Shown: positions 1 through 14,345, counted from the first letter of the whole stretch. The stretch: DNA of 62,104 nt, filler included, from Dugesia japonica (GCA_001938525.1; 5 parts of 5 records of this genome joined end to end with filler, not necessarily neighbours in it); one strand, 5' to 3'. The notes: a model not told the origin generated them from the letters alone. Made by a program: numbers and translations.

Positions 1-1654
1 ACAACTCAAGTGTTAATTTTATGGAAACAAATAACAAAATAAACGATTCTGAGGAAACTACTTACAAAAATAAATAAATTTTAAACTGAAATCGTACACT
101 AAATAAAGTTTATTAGGTGTTACATAAAAATAATTATAAAGAATTATAAAGTCTAGTAAGTAGATACATAAAATAATCATTACATTTTATAATTCTTAAT
201 AGTGATTATCAATCGGATAATGAATTCTTGAAATCTAATTGGATCACTATATTATATGAAACAAATTGATAGTGATTTAAAACGTATTTAGTGCTTTTTA
301 AAGCTTAGTATGTGATTATAACATAAGAAAAATTTCAAGATAAAACAGTAAATAAATACACAATAAGTGACTTTTTAAAAAAAATTAAAATAAACCATAA
401 AAACATTTCAAGTGCGAAGTCCGATTCATCGGAACTTTGCAGACTGAAAATTAACCAATCAAAGTAATCGTTTTTATTTTTTACTTGATATTTATCAAAT
501 ATTAAAATATAAAATAAGTATTACACTCAATAATAATGGAAATTGGAATTCATGGACCAATTCATTTTATGGTCCATAAATCAAGTGATGTAACACAAAT
601 TTCTGCAAGATTCGATACAAATACACATTATTTCATTCAAAGTAACGAATCCATTTATAATTATGTACTTACAGCGACAAAAAGGTACTTAATCTGCAGC
701 CATATAGTCGATTTTTTATAAACCAATTTTAGAATTATTTTTCACATTTTATATGCAAATTTTATAATTAAAATTATTGTGCAAATATTTGTCCTTAACT
801 ATTGATTGCATTTGAGATTTCATTAAAAAAGCAAAAGCTTCTATCAACATGCAAGTTAAAGAAATTTCTGATTTTGGCTATTTACAAATCAGTCGAATAA
901 GATAAATTTGGATAAGATAAGTGTGGAGCGTTATTTCATTGTAAGATTCGATGCTATTTTAATAAATAGATTGGTATTTGAAGACAATTTGCAAACTCAA
1001 CAGTACTGTGCATGTATTGATTTTCACTTCGTTGAAACAAGGAAGGTTGAGACTTTGACTAAAAGATTACTAGTGAAAAATATGCACAAGTTGTTCAAAG
1101 GACTTTCAGCACAGATGAGTTAACGCGCACCTTTTGAAATGTTTCTTCCTGTATTTGTAATTGTGATCCTATAGGTACATACAAAATAAGCAAATTTCAT
1201 TAATTTACATTACCATTTCAAACAGATCAGGTATTTTATGAGCGACAAACCACTCCGTGATCAAAGAAGGCGCATAAAATAAATATTTGCAGTATTGTTT
1301 TGAATTAAATTTATTTATCATTATACTTTCAAAAGAAAAGATAAAAAGATACATACTTACCGTCAATGTGGCATGCAAATTAGGTCTGATAAAAGGGTTC
1401 CTAACTACTACCAGCCTTTTAGGTGCATCATTTAAGTCTTATTCGTTTGTTTGCTCAAATATTTTCAAGTGATCTTATTTTGCTCAACATCAGTGCCTTT
1501 TGATTACTCTTTTTCTTCCTGTTTTCCAACAAATCTCTTATCCGCTTTGTTTTCCCCCCATATGTACCTTATTTGGCACATAAATTGCACCAGGAAGTTG
1601 CCTGATAATGTTCACCTACATGTTTTCGTCTTTTAGCTTTAGTTTAAAATTTTA

Positions 1655-2100
1655 GCATCACGTACGCACAAAGAAACAAACATACACTACTGGGTTTTCA
1701 ATTTATTAATAAACCACTGGGTTTTTCATATATTAATTGACATTTTTAAATCTATCATTAAAAATCATATTTTTTTAAGTTTTTGAAGATTTTTGAATAA
1801 TATTGGGTAAACAAACAAACACAAACCACTGGATTTTTACTATATTAATTAAAAATTTTAAAAGCTTTAATAAAAAATCATAANTTTTGAAATTTTATGA
1901 ACAATATTGAACATGACTTACAAACAAACATACAAACATAGAAACGAACATACACCACTTGGTTTATCATATATACATAATTAAAAATTTTAAATCCAAA
2001 TTTTTGAAATTTTCTAAAATTTGTTGAATAATTTTCAGCTTCACGTACAGAAAACCTACAAACAAACATACACCACTGTAGTTTTTATATAATAATTAAA
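1655..2100. repeat. Degenerate tandem repeat array
   Basis: Recurring ACAAACAAACATACACCACTGG(G)TTTTT-ATATATTAATT units at ~1675, 1810, 1920-1960 and 2059. Confidence 0.75.
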
Positions 2101-2929
2101 ATTTTTAATCTGTTATAAATTTACAACAAAATAATTGTAAAACTGTATCATATAAGCCAATTTTCACAGTTATTATTTATTATTTCAAAAAGATATTTAC
2201 TACACTTACACAGGAGAATGCGTCTTCACTTGATATCAAATGTGGAAGATCTCAAAAGTATTACAAATACGAAATGGTTTTCTTTAAAAAACCAATTATG
2301 TACACTTTTCAGGTACTAGTTTTATTTTTTTTCATTTACTATTATTAATATTTTTATTTAGGATTCCGCAAAACTTAAGAGATGCTTATAGTATGCTTAT
2401 TTCAAAAATAAGCTTGAATGATCAATCAACATTAAAGGAACTTTTTTCAAAAATCAATGAATAAATGGAAATAAATGATGCAAATTTTATAAATTCAAAG
2501 GAGGATAACAATGTCTATGATATTTCAAACAAATATTTGATTAAAAAGGAAATCATTGACTACAAGTAACTTGAAAACAATGTTGGGCTTATATGGAAAT
2601 TGAAAAGTATTCAAAAGATGGATTAGAATTGTTGTATTAATAAATTGTTATCATCATATTACTATTACTGCTTTAAAACATTTTTAAAATANAAAAAACA
2701 AAACAAAATAATGATTAAGATATTTTCCTAAATAAATCATTTTCCTGATAATATTCTCGATCCTATATATATATATATATTTCATAAAAATAAATTCAAC
2801 ATTGTTAGTGATTGTAATTGAAGGTTCTTGAAATTGTATTGTAAATACAACCTTCTATTTTTTCCAATGATTTTTACACCCCATGATTCGAGTAAAAATT
2901 TTGCAGTCATTTCTATCGTTTGTTATTGA

Positions 2930-3147
2930 TGATTTACTAAAGATTATTGTAAATGTTGTTTGAGATAATGCAACTTTAAGTAAAGCTAGAAAGCAAGCAT
3001 TATGGAAATCTAAAAAGACATTACTATCACTTGTTCATAGAGAAAATAAGAAATTAATGAGAAAGGTTTCACAAAACAAAATGGTTTCTTTATAGCTGCA
3101 TTACTACCAATTATATTTGCAGCATTGGGTCTAGTAAATTTTACATA
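2930..3147 (+). pseudogene. Maverick/Polinton small basic protein relic (Q-x-G-F-x-x-A-L-L-P motif)
   Basis: Manual translation DLLKIIVNVV*DNATLSKARKQALWKSKKTLLSLV... with frameshift to KQNGFFIAALLPIIFAALG, directly upstream of the integrase. Confidence 0.5.
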
Positions 3148-3208
3148 AAAAGGGGTAACTTGGAATCATTATCACAAATTTATCTCAAATTTATATCAAA
3201 TTGTTGTA

Positions 3209-4213
3209 ATGGACAAAATTAAAGCTATATAAACAGATCCTAAAATACCAGCTGAGTTTTAAGAAGTAGAGAAATTATGGAAAGCAACGGAAAGTTAAAA
3301 AGACAAGCCGAAAAAATGGCTATCAGGTCATCTAACTTACAGTCTAAACAAACCAATGTTGAAAATATTTCCAAAAAGACCATATAAAACATTTGGTATC
3401 TATGATTTATGGCAAATGGATTTGATGAAGATGATTCCATATTCAAAAATTAATAAAGGTTACAAGTACATTTTAACATGTGTTGAAGTATTTAGCAGAT
3501 TTGCGAGAGCTTTTCTCATCAAATCGAAATCTGCCAATGAAATGAAATCTGCAATCTGATCAATGTTGAAGAATGAACAACCAAATAATCTACAAATTGA
3601 TTTGTGAAAAGACTTCTACAATTCAAAAGTCAGAAATATTATTTCACATTTCAATATCAATCATTATTCTGTATTATAACAATATAAAGCTGCATATGTT
3701 GAAAAGTTTAATCGGACATTGAGAGATATATTAAAGAAATACTTTGTGCATACATGTAATAAATCTTGGGTACATGGGCTACCAAAATTAATTGATTGTT
3801 ACAATCATTCAAGTCACAATGGTGCGAGACCTGTTAATGTATCATCTGATAACTCAATGAAATTATGGCTTTTGAAACAACAACCAAAAGCCCTTAAAAA
3901 ACCAAATTATAAAATTAATGATCATCTAAGAATATCAAAGATATCAGCATCAACATTCATCAAGAATTTCAATAGTAATTAGGGTAATGAAGTGTTTCAA
4001 ATAGCAAAAATCGATACGAATTCAAATGCAATAATGTATGTGATTAAAGATCATAAAGATAATATCATAGTAAAAAAATTATATGAGCAGGAATTGCAAG
4101 TAATTCCACTTCATACAGTGTTTAAATTAGAAAAAATTTTAAAATCAAAAAGAATTGGATATGAAAAACCTTCTTGGATACTAGCATCTGAATTAGTCAA
4201 TTTAAATGAATAA
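3209..4213 (+). pseudogene. Maverick c-integrase (rve), frameshifted
   Basis: LWQMDLM...NKGYKYILTCVEVFSRFA, KAAYVEKFNRTL, YNHSSH, KKLYEQELQ and a chromodomain-like C-terminus (EKPSWI). Confidence 0.9.
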
Positions 4214-5190
4214 TTTCGATACAATTTTACCAAGCAATAGTTGTCCACTTATTCATTCAGATAATAAAGCTAGTAATTTCAATGCCGAGTTTCAAAATCC
4301 TATTAATTTGATTGGACCATGTTGGATTTTACCTTTATATATTCCAAATTTTCATTTCATAGTAAATCAAATATTGAAGATGGTAAAAATCGAGATGTAT
4401 CAGTAGAATTGTTAATTAAAGTATATAATAATGAAAACCAAATAACTATCATTGCAAATAGTATTCTAAAAGTTAATGGTCTTACCGATTTGAAGATTAA
4501 TTATATACATGATTCATATTTCATAACGTTTGATACTATTTAAAATGCCAAAAGATTTTGATTTAAAAATCAGAGAAACTGGATCAAATGTAAAAATAAT
4601 CTCAACCTTCAATCGCTTAAAAACAATGAATCGTTAGAACCAATTGTGATTAAAGTAACATATTCTGTAATAGTTGAAGAAGAAATACAATTCAAAGATA
4701 ATTAATTACTTTATAGCAAACTGCTCACAAGTATTCGACTCTCTGGTTCTAAACAATAACGAATTATTTCATTTCAAGATGCAAGATTATGCTAAAAGTA
4801 TTAGATTTGATAAAATCCTAACAAAAACATTAGTATTAAAAAGACAAGATATCAAATAATGAATTTAAGAATTACGGGGATGAAAGATGTGAGAATTACA
4901 AAACGTATCAACTATCATGACCAAATGTTTATCTACAGTAATATTGTTGAACCTATAATTGTTGGGGATGTTAAGGTATCTTTGTTAAAATCTGTGTGGT
5001 TAGGGAAATATGGCGATGATAAAGTTGTTCAGATTATAGTCAAGAATCCAATGTATTTACTAGTTTCACTTCATGTATAAACAATATGGAAATCAATATA
5101 AGAGATAATAGTGGAAAATTAATCCACTTTGCTCAAGACTCAAAAACACATTTAAAACACATTTTAGAAAAATCAATGTCTAATCCTGAT
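4206..5190 (+). pseudogene. Maverick minor capsid (penton-like) protein relic
   Basis: N-terminal ILPSNSC...DNKASNF and C-terminal MFIYSNIVEPIIVGDVKVSLLK...PMY...IEINIRDNSGKLIHF, typical of the Maverick minor capsid protein. Confidence 0.8.
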
Positions 5191-5367
5191 ATCGTAGAAT
5201 TATATAGTACAAGTAGAAAATTACCATATTTTGTAGGAAAACAATATGGATCTGGTTGGTTAGAAACTATTGGTAGATTTGCACTACCTATTCTTAAACG
5301 CATTGCTGCAATTAGAATAAAAATAGCACAAGATATAATATTGAATAATGCAAAATTCCAACACTAA
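5175..5367 (+). pseudogene. Maverick core-protein-like small ORF (Q-x-G-x-G motif)
   Basis: LPYFVGKQYGSGWLETIGRFALPILK, between the minor and major capsid genes. Confidence 0.7.
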
Positions 5368-5516
5368 ATGCAAATGCAATGTCTAAATTCAAAAATTTTA
5401 TTTGTTCTCCAGAAGTAACGAAAATAATGCCAAAGAACAACATTAAAAATGATTCCAAACTCAATGGTGCTGGAATAAAACATAGAAATTCAAGCTTAGC
5501 AAGTATACAAATACGA

Positions 5517-6290
5517 ATGAAAGGATATAAAACTATATTTGAAAAATGATTTGTGTATTTTTGATCGTCCTTCTCCTCCAACTGTTATTGAATATGAATC
5601 ATTTGAAGATGTATTTTCTATAAATTACATATCTGAATCAAGAAATGATGTAGAATTTTTTCTAAATGGATTGCAAACAAAATATTTGGATTTGAATGAT
5701 ACTTTATTGTGTGTCCAAGTAAAAGTAGTTGATAAAAATGGATAAGATTTGGATGACAAATCATACGTAGTTCAAAGCAATTACATGTTTTATACTATGT
5801 TCAGAGATGTTATACTTGAATTTAATAATATTAAAATTGAAGGTAGAAATGAAATTCATATTGAAAAAGTATTGATTGAAACAACTTTGAACTATAATAG
5901 AGATAGTAGGAATATTTGTCTTTCTACAATTGAATATAAAGATAAAGAGTATATTAAATGTCTATTAAATCATCAAAACTATTATCTCTCTGTGATTCTT
6001 TGCAACTTGATTTCATGTATGAACTAAAATATCTTATTTCTGGTGGTAATGTTCACATTCGAAAAAAGCACCTACGAAAATGTGTTTAGAGTCAATAAAT
6101 CATGAACCTAAATATGTATTGTTGTATGCACAATTAATGGTTAGATGTGTAAGAGTTGAATCATCGGTACTAGCAAGTCATCAAATTGGATTAAACACTC
6201 AAAATGCAATTTATCCAATAAGAACCAAGGAAATTGTAGCATATGCAATTAGTAAATATTGTACATCGTTTTATAAAGAACAAATCTTTA
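5517..6290 (+). pseudogene. Maverick major capsid protein (F54H12.2-like), N-terminal half only
   Basis: DLCIFDRPSPPT...VEFFLNG...YLDLNDTLL.VQVKVV; LMVRCVRVESSVLASH...NAIYPIR. Confidence 0.8.
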
Positions 6291-6292
6291 TC

Positions 6293-7612
6293 AGATCTCA
6301 ATTATTCCATAGACGAAATGACTATGAAGATCAAGGACATTCCATCATTCGAGAGAAATAATCCAGAATTAGCAATCAATGTCTTTACATACAAAAATGA
6401 ACAAGATATTGTTGATGCATACATTGTCAAGAACTCGTATGTTGATATACTATACAGAAGCAAATACTTGGATAATATTCCAATCAACTTACTCTTACTA
6501 GAAAATAAAAGTAATTATCATTATATAGCAATTACAAATCTGGAGAGATTGCTCAATTTAAGAGATAGAAAAGATGGATTTAGAATACAATGCATACTCT
6601 GGTGCTACAAATGTTTACATAAATTCAGATATCAAAATGGATATGACAAGCAGTTACCCATGTGCAATTCACAAGATAAAACAACAACACATTACAAAAT
6701 GCCATATCAAAAATACTCCGATTTTACAGATTTTTCAAAAACAGTCAGCCCTCCTTTTATTGAATATACTGGCTTTGAGTCAGTGTTAGCTCCCTCAAAA
6801 AGTTATGGAAATATTCATCTGCCAGCGTCTGCTGGTTTAGTGCTTCTAAAACCAAACAGATATATGCATTATAAAGAATTTACTGGTCCAGATTGTATTA
6901 TCAGTTTTTTATAAGTTTTAGAGCTTTTCGTGAAAACCAAGGTTTTATTATGGTATGAGAATGCAAAAGTTCCATTGTCACAGCTATCATATCAACAATA
7001 GAAGAACTTAAAATGCAGCAGAATGTTACTTATGCTAAAAGCCACCAGAAAAATGTGAGAGATCATAGTCATGTTACCAGAAAATTTCTTGGAGCTCGTG
7101 TAATAAATGTAACTTTTCCAGACAGATCCGCAGCATGTTGCCAGTCTTTTCACAATCTCAAAAGATATGACTTCCAGCATGCACGGAAACATGCCATCAA
7201 CAAATTTCCCACATGGAATCTCAATGTTATTCCTCAGACTAGAAAAATTCTCAACACTGTGAGCATTTATTGAATTAGATAATCAGAAAACAGTGTCAGT
7301 TAAATTTTTGGATTCATACCAGTTCCTATTAGCTTCACTGATGACTTCAGCGGCTAATTTAGATTATTCATTCACGAAAACAACATTTTCAACAAAAGTC
7401 ATCAACGAGAAAGGTGTATTTACATATAGACTTGCAAAATCATTTCAAGATCTAAAAGCAATCACGCAGCTACCACTAAAATGGGACAACATTGAAGTAG
7501 AAGAATATGAGGAAGCAAAACAAGTATGAGCACAATACAGTTGCACTAATCTTTTGCAGTATATGCTAATATACATGAAATTAGACATATAACTGCTTGC
7601 CAACTGTGATCT
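6293..7612 (+). pseudogene. Protein-primed B-family DNA polymerase (pPolB), N-terminal/exonuclease part
   Basis: FERNNPELAINVF, HYIAITNLERLL, CYKC, YTGFES (ExoI-like), VRDHSHVT, FHNLKRYD (ExoII), KFLDSYQFL, KGVFTY. Confidence 0.9.
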
Positions 7613-8300
7613 AAACATTTCCAGTCAAGATTGAATTATTTGTGGCTTCAATTTAATTGGTTGAAAAAATATTTTTTTTGGCTTCAATTTGATTAGTCGA
7701 AATTTTTTTTAAAATTCTTAGATTTTTATTATTATTATTATTTTTTTAGTTAAAATGAAGTGAAATTAGTGATGTTTTTGTTTAAATGAAGTAAAGTTAG
7801 AGACATTTTTTTGTTTAAATTAAGTGGTTTAATAATTATTTGTTAAAATTAATCGAAATTATTGATTATTTGTTTAAATTTAATGTAATTAATAATTTTG
7901 GGTTTCTTCATGGAAATTTATTGAAAAACCTGTTTGTTTAAATGAAACAAATTTTATCGAATGTGATTTTCTCCTCAACAATATTAACATAAAATATTTA
8001 CCGAGGCAATATAATTAATAAATATTTCCAAGGCAATATTAACATTAGTCTCTCATGTTTCATACTATTGGTTGTTAAATGGCTCATACTACTAGTGGCT
8101 TCAGAGCTCATACTATTGAATGTTCAATGGTTCATACTATTAGATGCTCCGACAATAGATGATCCTTGACTCATTAATATTATATGTTTAAGTAAAATTA
8201 TTCTGACTTAGTATAATTAATGGAACCCGTATATTATTTGTATTCTAAGTAAACTTTTTATCAAAAATATTATTAAAATTATTTTCATTCATTTTTTTAA

Positions 8301-8525
8301 TAACAGTTTTGTTTGAATTCCTTACCATTACATTACTTCCTTCGACATGTACAGTCCGACTGAGCGAATTCATCAAGGTTCATTAGCATCCAATCGAGTC
8401 CATTCATAATTGAACTTATCGATCAGCTTGTGTAGTTTTAACTAGACTAAGCTCAATTAAAGTATGTGCATCTCTGTCAGCAATGCTTCCAACCGTTCAC
8501 ATTCTGTCTCAAATATACATTGCTA
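8301..8525 (-). repeat. Dispersed ~225-bp Tc1-derived repeat, copy 1
   Basis: Reverse complement of 19857-20081; encodes TVHV(G/E)G..VM(A/V), matching the Tc1 TVKHGGGSVMVW motif. Confidence 0.7.
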
Positions 8526-9176
8526 CAACTGTATAACATTTATAAGTTAAAACAGTTAGTCGTCAACACCAGTATTTTGCTAGACTCAGATCTGCAAAAT
8601 GGTAAAAAATTCAAAGTCAACTGTTATTAAATATATCTTTTTATTAAATCATTACTTATTATCATTGAAGAAAAGAATTACTTAAAATTCATTAAGTTAA
8701 ATCATTTAAAAAAAATAAACATAACCATTTAATTAAATAAAAATAAATCCTTACTTTTTGTCAAAGTTCATAATAATAATCATAAATCGTAATAAGTTAC
8801 CATATCTCCAATAACTTAATAACTCNTAAAATTAAGAATTTATAAGGTATACAATTATCATCTGGAAATCAATTTATTAACTTAAAAGAAATTATTAATT
8901 TAAAAATTGTTAACTTTCAATAAAATCGTTACAAAAATTATTACAATTTCAGAAAATCATTACCGTTTAATTTGAATAAAAATAAATCCTTGCTTATTTT
9001 CATAATTTATCAAATTTTATAATATTGATTGTGAGGTAAATTAAATAGACAGGTTGATTCGGGGAATTTTTAGTGGCAAATCAATAAAAGAATACTAATT
9101 TCAAATAAAGATCAGAATTAATAATAGTAAGATCAGAATAAAACATTTTAAATAAAGTATAGAAATATTTGGAAAT

Positions 9177-9276
9177 NNNNNNNNNNNNNNNNNNNNNNNN
9201 NNNNNNNNNNNNNNNNNNNNTTAATTAATTAANNNNNNNNNNNNNNNNNNNNNNNNNNNNNNNNNNNNNNNNNNNN
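9177..9276. other. Artificial scaffold spacer N44-TTAATTAATTAA-N44
   Basis: Exactly 100 bp with a six-frame stop 12-mer; identical spacers at 20113, 29765 and 52392. Confidence 0.95.
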
Positions 9277-12229
9277 CTATTTTATAAAAAATTAAAATAA
9301 TAAATTACACAGATAATAAATTACAAATTTAGTAAATAAAAAATTATTACCATTCCAAAAAATCTTACTATAAAATTTTTAATATTTCGCATAAACTCCA
9401 ATATTATTTAAACAAAAACTAAAACTAAATTAACAGTTATAATTTAAAAATTAATTAATTCACAAAACTCAAACTATTAAAAGACAGTATATCTCACAAC
9501 AATTATTGTGAGAATAATTGTTGGACTTAAACATTGATCGCTTTTGAGATTTCATTAAAATATAGAAAAAGCTTCAATCGAAGCCTTTTCTTCATTTTAA
9601 TAATAATAGTTTACCTGATAATAAATTAGTATCTTTATCAAATTTTGAAACTCAGAATCTATTTGATAAATTCCCTCTATTCAAAGAATTATTCTTCGTT
9701 TAAACTCTAAATTCATCTATGGTTGAATTGATTGAAACTCTTAAATCAAAGGATGAGTTCTTAAATGATATTTTCTTTGAAAATAGTAAATTTATTCGTG
9801 TATCGAAATCTTTCTTTTCATCCGTTGGTTCATCAGACATTTTGTTGGACTTGAGACAATTTAATTCAATTGAAATGCATCATAATGTTGATGAATTAAA
9901 ATCTAATTTATTCATTTTGAACAATAATAAAAATTAATTGAATTGATTTTTTACTTAAACTGTTTAAATTAAAAAATTTCATAAAGCCAGTATTAAAAAT
10001 TGCAAAGTGACAAAAACGCGATTTATGCGTCTGCAAACTGCAATTGAATACCTTAAAAGAGTTTCATGTACCTGGAACATACCCAAATTTTTAAAATACT
10101 ATTGTATATTTTATTATACATAATTTGAATATTCTTTTATTTTCAAATTTTCACATTGAAATAAAAATTTTAATATTTAATTTCTTAGTCAATACTGATC
10201 GTATGACTTGGTTCTCGAAATAAGATATAATTATTGATTATATATACAATTATAATTATTTTTATTTTTAAACTATATATGACGAGAAGGTAGTAGAAAA
10301 TTTATACATGTTTTTCATTGTTTAAGGTTTATAATTAATAAAATAATTAAACCAATTTACACTGATAAAATTAATAATACAATTATAAGTAAATTTTACA
10401 ACAAATACCAGGAAACTTTAATGAAAGTCAAATTTATACTATTTACCATATAAAATTGAAAATTAACAAATACTTTATATAAAATATGAAAATAACAAAA
10501 CTATAAAAATTGAAAAATAAAGACATTATTTAAATTACAAGATTTATTTCACGGTAGTTTTTTTATTTTGATAACTTTTTAAACACATCTGATTTGATTT
10601 GCATTGACACACTAAAAATAAATGCATTTAATTATTTTAATAATAACAAATCAAATTATTTACTTGAATTGACTGATTTGATTGAGCAATCCGGTAAAAT
10701 ACTACATGTCATCGCTAATTTGTCAAATAGAAGGTCAGACAAGTCAAACTCTCTCACTATTTACGGGTTCCTTGGAAACTGAATAATTAATATCGACATA
10801 CTCCATCTTACTATATATAATTTTATCAATATTCATTGTCAATAAGTTTTACATTATAATTTCCGTATATGATATTATTTAACATCAAAATCGATTATTC
10901 ATACATACATACATATAGATAAAAATTTTCACGACATCATTGGGTCAAAGATCGTACAAAATGTTAATTAATCACACATATTAAACAATGTAAAGCATTA
11001 TAAATCACGTACACATATGAATAGTTACTATATAAACCAAAATAATTAGCAGATTTTCATTTATAAAAATGCATGAATCGAACGATAGTTCAATAACCAT
11101 TAGTTTCGAATCAAAGAAGACCTACTTCGACAGGCCAATAACTTATTAGTTTCAAGTAAAATTTACTTTTATCATTATAATAATTATTTTTTCATTTAGA
11201 AACAAGTAAAAATACAAAAATCAAAATACAGTTTACAGTTAACCAACATTAGAATCGCTGATCAAACGAATTAGTTGACTGTTTCAAATTGAAAATTTCA
11301 AGTTAACAATTGTAATTGAATGTTTTTAATGTTGTACTGTAAATGCTTCATTTCTATTGGTTTCTTGCATCCCATGATTCTACAATTTTCTAATTTAAAG
11401 AAAATAATCGTATACTTTCCATTTTTATCAAAATCTTGTGATGGTTTACTTATCGGAAATATCATTTTGTTGATCACATTTTGAAATTCTTGTCCTTTAT
11501 TATCAATAATAGCAATCATTACGATTAATAGCTTTCAAATATGTGCTTTATTGTAAGTAATTTGTTTAAACAATATAATTAATTAAATAAGGTAATTAAT
11601 TATCAATTTTTAAAATGAATAAATTTAAAAAATGATGCTGTTTATCAAATTGTTGGTAGTGAAAATTCTGTTTGTATGAAAATTTATTGAAATAAAATTT
11701 ATTTAAATCAAAATTCAACATAATATAGTAATATATAAGGGCAGATAAAGAAAATTGATTGACTCAGTCAGAGTTTAGTGATATAAAAATGACAATTATA
11801 AATGTATTAGATGATAGTTGGATTAAGAGATTAAAACTAGGCGATGTGATTCTTGTCAATGATCTGTATCAGAAAGCAATCAAGGAAAATGACTTTAACA
11901 ACTTATTTACAAAGATATCAAGTCATTACTCAAAATCTATTTCATCAAGGAAGGGTGAACTACACGCTAATTGTGCAAAGATAAACAAAGCCTGTCTTTA
12001 AAGCCGGAAAATCATCCAGAAGACTTTACATCAAAATGCAAAGTGACAAAAACGCGATTTATGCGTCTGCAAACTGCAATTGAATACCTTAAAAGAGTTT
12101 CATGTATCAGGAACATACATGAAACCAGGTTTGGCCAGCAAATTGCTGTAAAAAACAACAAAAAAGGAAGACACTAAGAAGAAATAGCACAAAAAACCAA
12201 CCTTGGAAGGGGAACCCTATGAATTTAAT

Positions 12230-14082
12230 TATCCACAATGGACTCACCATTGCTGATATCCTTTATAATAAATATTTCAAAGTCAGCACAATTTCCTTGT
12301 CCATCGTGAAATAGCCAATTCTTTGTAGAACAGGCAATGCAGATTCTTATACTGGCAAGTGCAAATTTCCTTATAACATGTTTCAGAACAGACTCATTTT
12401 CAACACACCATGATCCCAGACATTCAACTAAGATCGTCTCAAGGTAGACATTCCAATTTGGAAGATTACATTTGATATCTTCCTGAGTGGTGTTTATTTC
12501 CTGATATTGTTGTCTCTAGCCAATTTAATATTGTTAGAAGTGTCATAAGGAACTTTCACATCCAGCAATATTATCTTTCTACTTTCCACATTTATTAGTT
12601 GTAAATCGACTTGATCAGTACGGTTCACAAATTTTCATAACCGGTCAACAATAACTCTGAAACTCGTATTATGGCGGACAACGTCCGCAAGAAGTTCCAG
12701 AACATCATTGTGACACCCAATGCAAAAGGTCGAAGATAAACCGCAGTAACAAAGAACATGGGCTTGGGTTTCAACATAAAGGGAACATTTTCTGCAGACT
12801 TTATTTTCTAGACCAAAATTAGATCCAACAGAAATAGACCCTATGTATGAAACGCCAACAATCTTAAGAGATAGACTGATAATAGACACCCATATTTGAG
12901 AGTGGGGACGCTCCGACTGAAGTGGAAATGAGACCAAGTTTAAGTTGAGCGTTCCACTTTCTAGTATGTGACCAAGACAAAATGTTATGTAAGAGTTTAA
13001 TCACTGTTCCCTTATCCATAAAAGAAACAAGATAATTTCCTGTAGACAGATTATCAACAATTTGAAGGCAGATTCCGAGCTCATTGCGCTGAAATCTTAC
13101 ATGAAAATTACATTTTATTTAGAAAAGTTTTTAACATCTGAACTTTTGACCAACAGCAATTCGAAATTGTGTGGGTAACATGTGTTTGAAGTCAGTTGAA
13201 GGCCTCATCAATTGAACATAGCTTTAGATGATTAAGCTGTTTGGAAGCATCATGAATAAAACCATTTCTAGCTATATCCCTAACTATTACATCTCGGCAA
13301 ACCAGCATCTTGAACACCTGAATGATTGATTGTATAACATACTCATCCCTGGCTTAAGTTAACCCAACTCCTCCATGTTATTTAAGAGCTGTATATGTAT
13401 TCAAAAGCAGCGTTCAGTGGGATGGATAGAATTGATCTAACCTGTTCCCTGATACGTCTATCAATATATTTAGGTCTTAGCACCACTCCATTTTTGGTGA
13501 AGGCCGAAGCATCAAACTTACTGACTGGAATGTTGAAATTCCTAAAAGCAAAAGTAAGCCTCGATTGAATGAAGGTTTTATATGTCTTGATCTTCTGCTA
13601 AGGATGAAGAATAGATCTAATGATCTTCTCTAAATCTCTGACTGATTTTTCAAGCATGTCTAATAAAGTCTGATGCTGACCACGTCCAAAATCAACCCCA
13701 AAATAACGATAAAAATCCTTATTTAAAATTTTAAGAATGCTTTCATCTCTAATTTCAATCTGAACAAGTGAACTATTTTCCCGACAAGGGAGATAAACAC
13801 ACTTATTCAGACGGAACTCTAAAGAAGACCAATCAGCCAAGCGAACGGCAACGTTAATCATGTCCTGAAGTGAAGCCTTTGAAAAAGCAACCAACGCAAG
13901 ATCATCCGCATAAGCTAAGAAGGAGATGGGATGATCAACACAATTAACTCTACATCCAGAAGTCCTTGAGATTTCCTTAATGACTGGATCAATGCCAATG
14001 TTGAAAAGTGACATTGACAATGGGCAACCTTGTCAGACCCCTCTTCTGTTTGCAATAGAATTTGTAGAAGTCCATTTACAAA
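12230..14082 (-). mobile_element. 5'-truncated non-LTR retrotransposon with restriction-like endonuclease (NeSL/Utopia/R5-like)
   Basis: RT motifs GV*QGCPLS, FLAYADDLAL, YRYFG; LHP*QK (LxPWQK clade signature); CCHC knuckle CRKC...ETQAHVLCYC...HND; RLE motif DL...IILLDVKVPYD. Confidence 0.9.
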
Positions 14083-14109
14083 TATAGTAGCGTAAAATAT
14101 ATAGTATAG

Positions 14110-14345
14110 TAAAACACGTAATTTAAATGTACAATCCTTAATTCTATTTAAAAATCCAAGAGATAAAAGAATGGCTGATTTTCTAGCAAGACAAGCGTAT
14201 CCTAATAATATAAATTTTTTATGAGTTCATTCAAGGATGCAAAATTAAATCAATATGGGTATTTTCTCTTGACTTTACACAACAATTTCCAGATGAACAG
14301 AGTACGAACTGATATTTTCAACCAAAGTGGAATCACAGTATATAA
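14110..14345 (+). pseudogene. Maverick packaging ATPase, C-terminal fragment
   Basis: Manual translation TRNLNVQSLILFKNPRDKRMADFLARQAYPNN...FKDA...YGY...DFTQQFPDE.RVRTDIF. Confidence 0.8.

Larger units (their letters stand above)
2930..7615 (+). mobile_element. Degenerate Polinton/Maverick element, lineage A (small protein-INT-minor capsid-core protein-major capsid//pPolB)
   Basis: Co-oriented run of frameshifted Maverick hallmark genes; no TIRs identified. Confidence 0.9.

Noticed and set aside
900-1640. piggyBac-like or spliced host-gene fragment
   Set aside because: Only weak resemblance and multiple stops; strand and family could not be fixed
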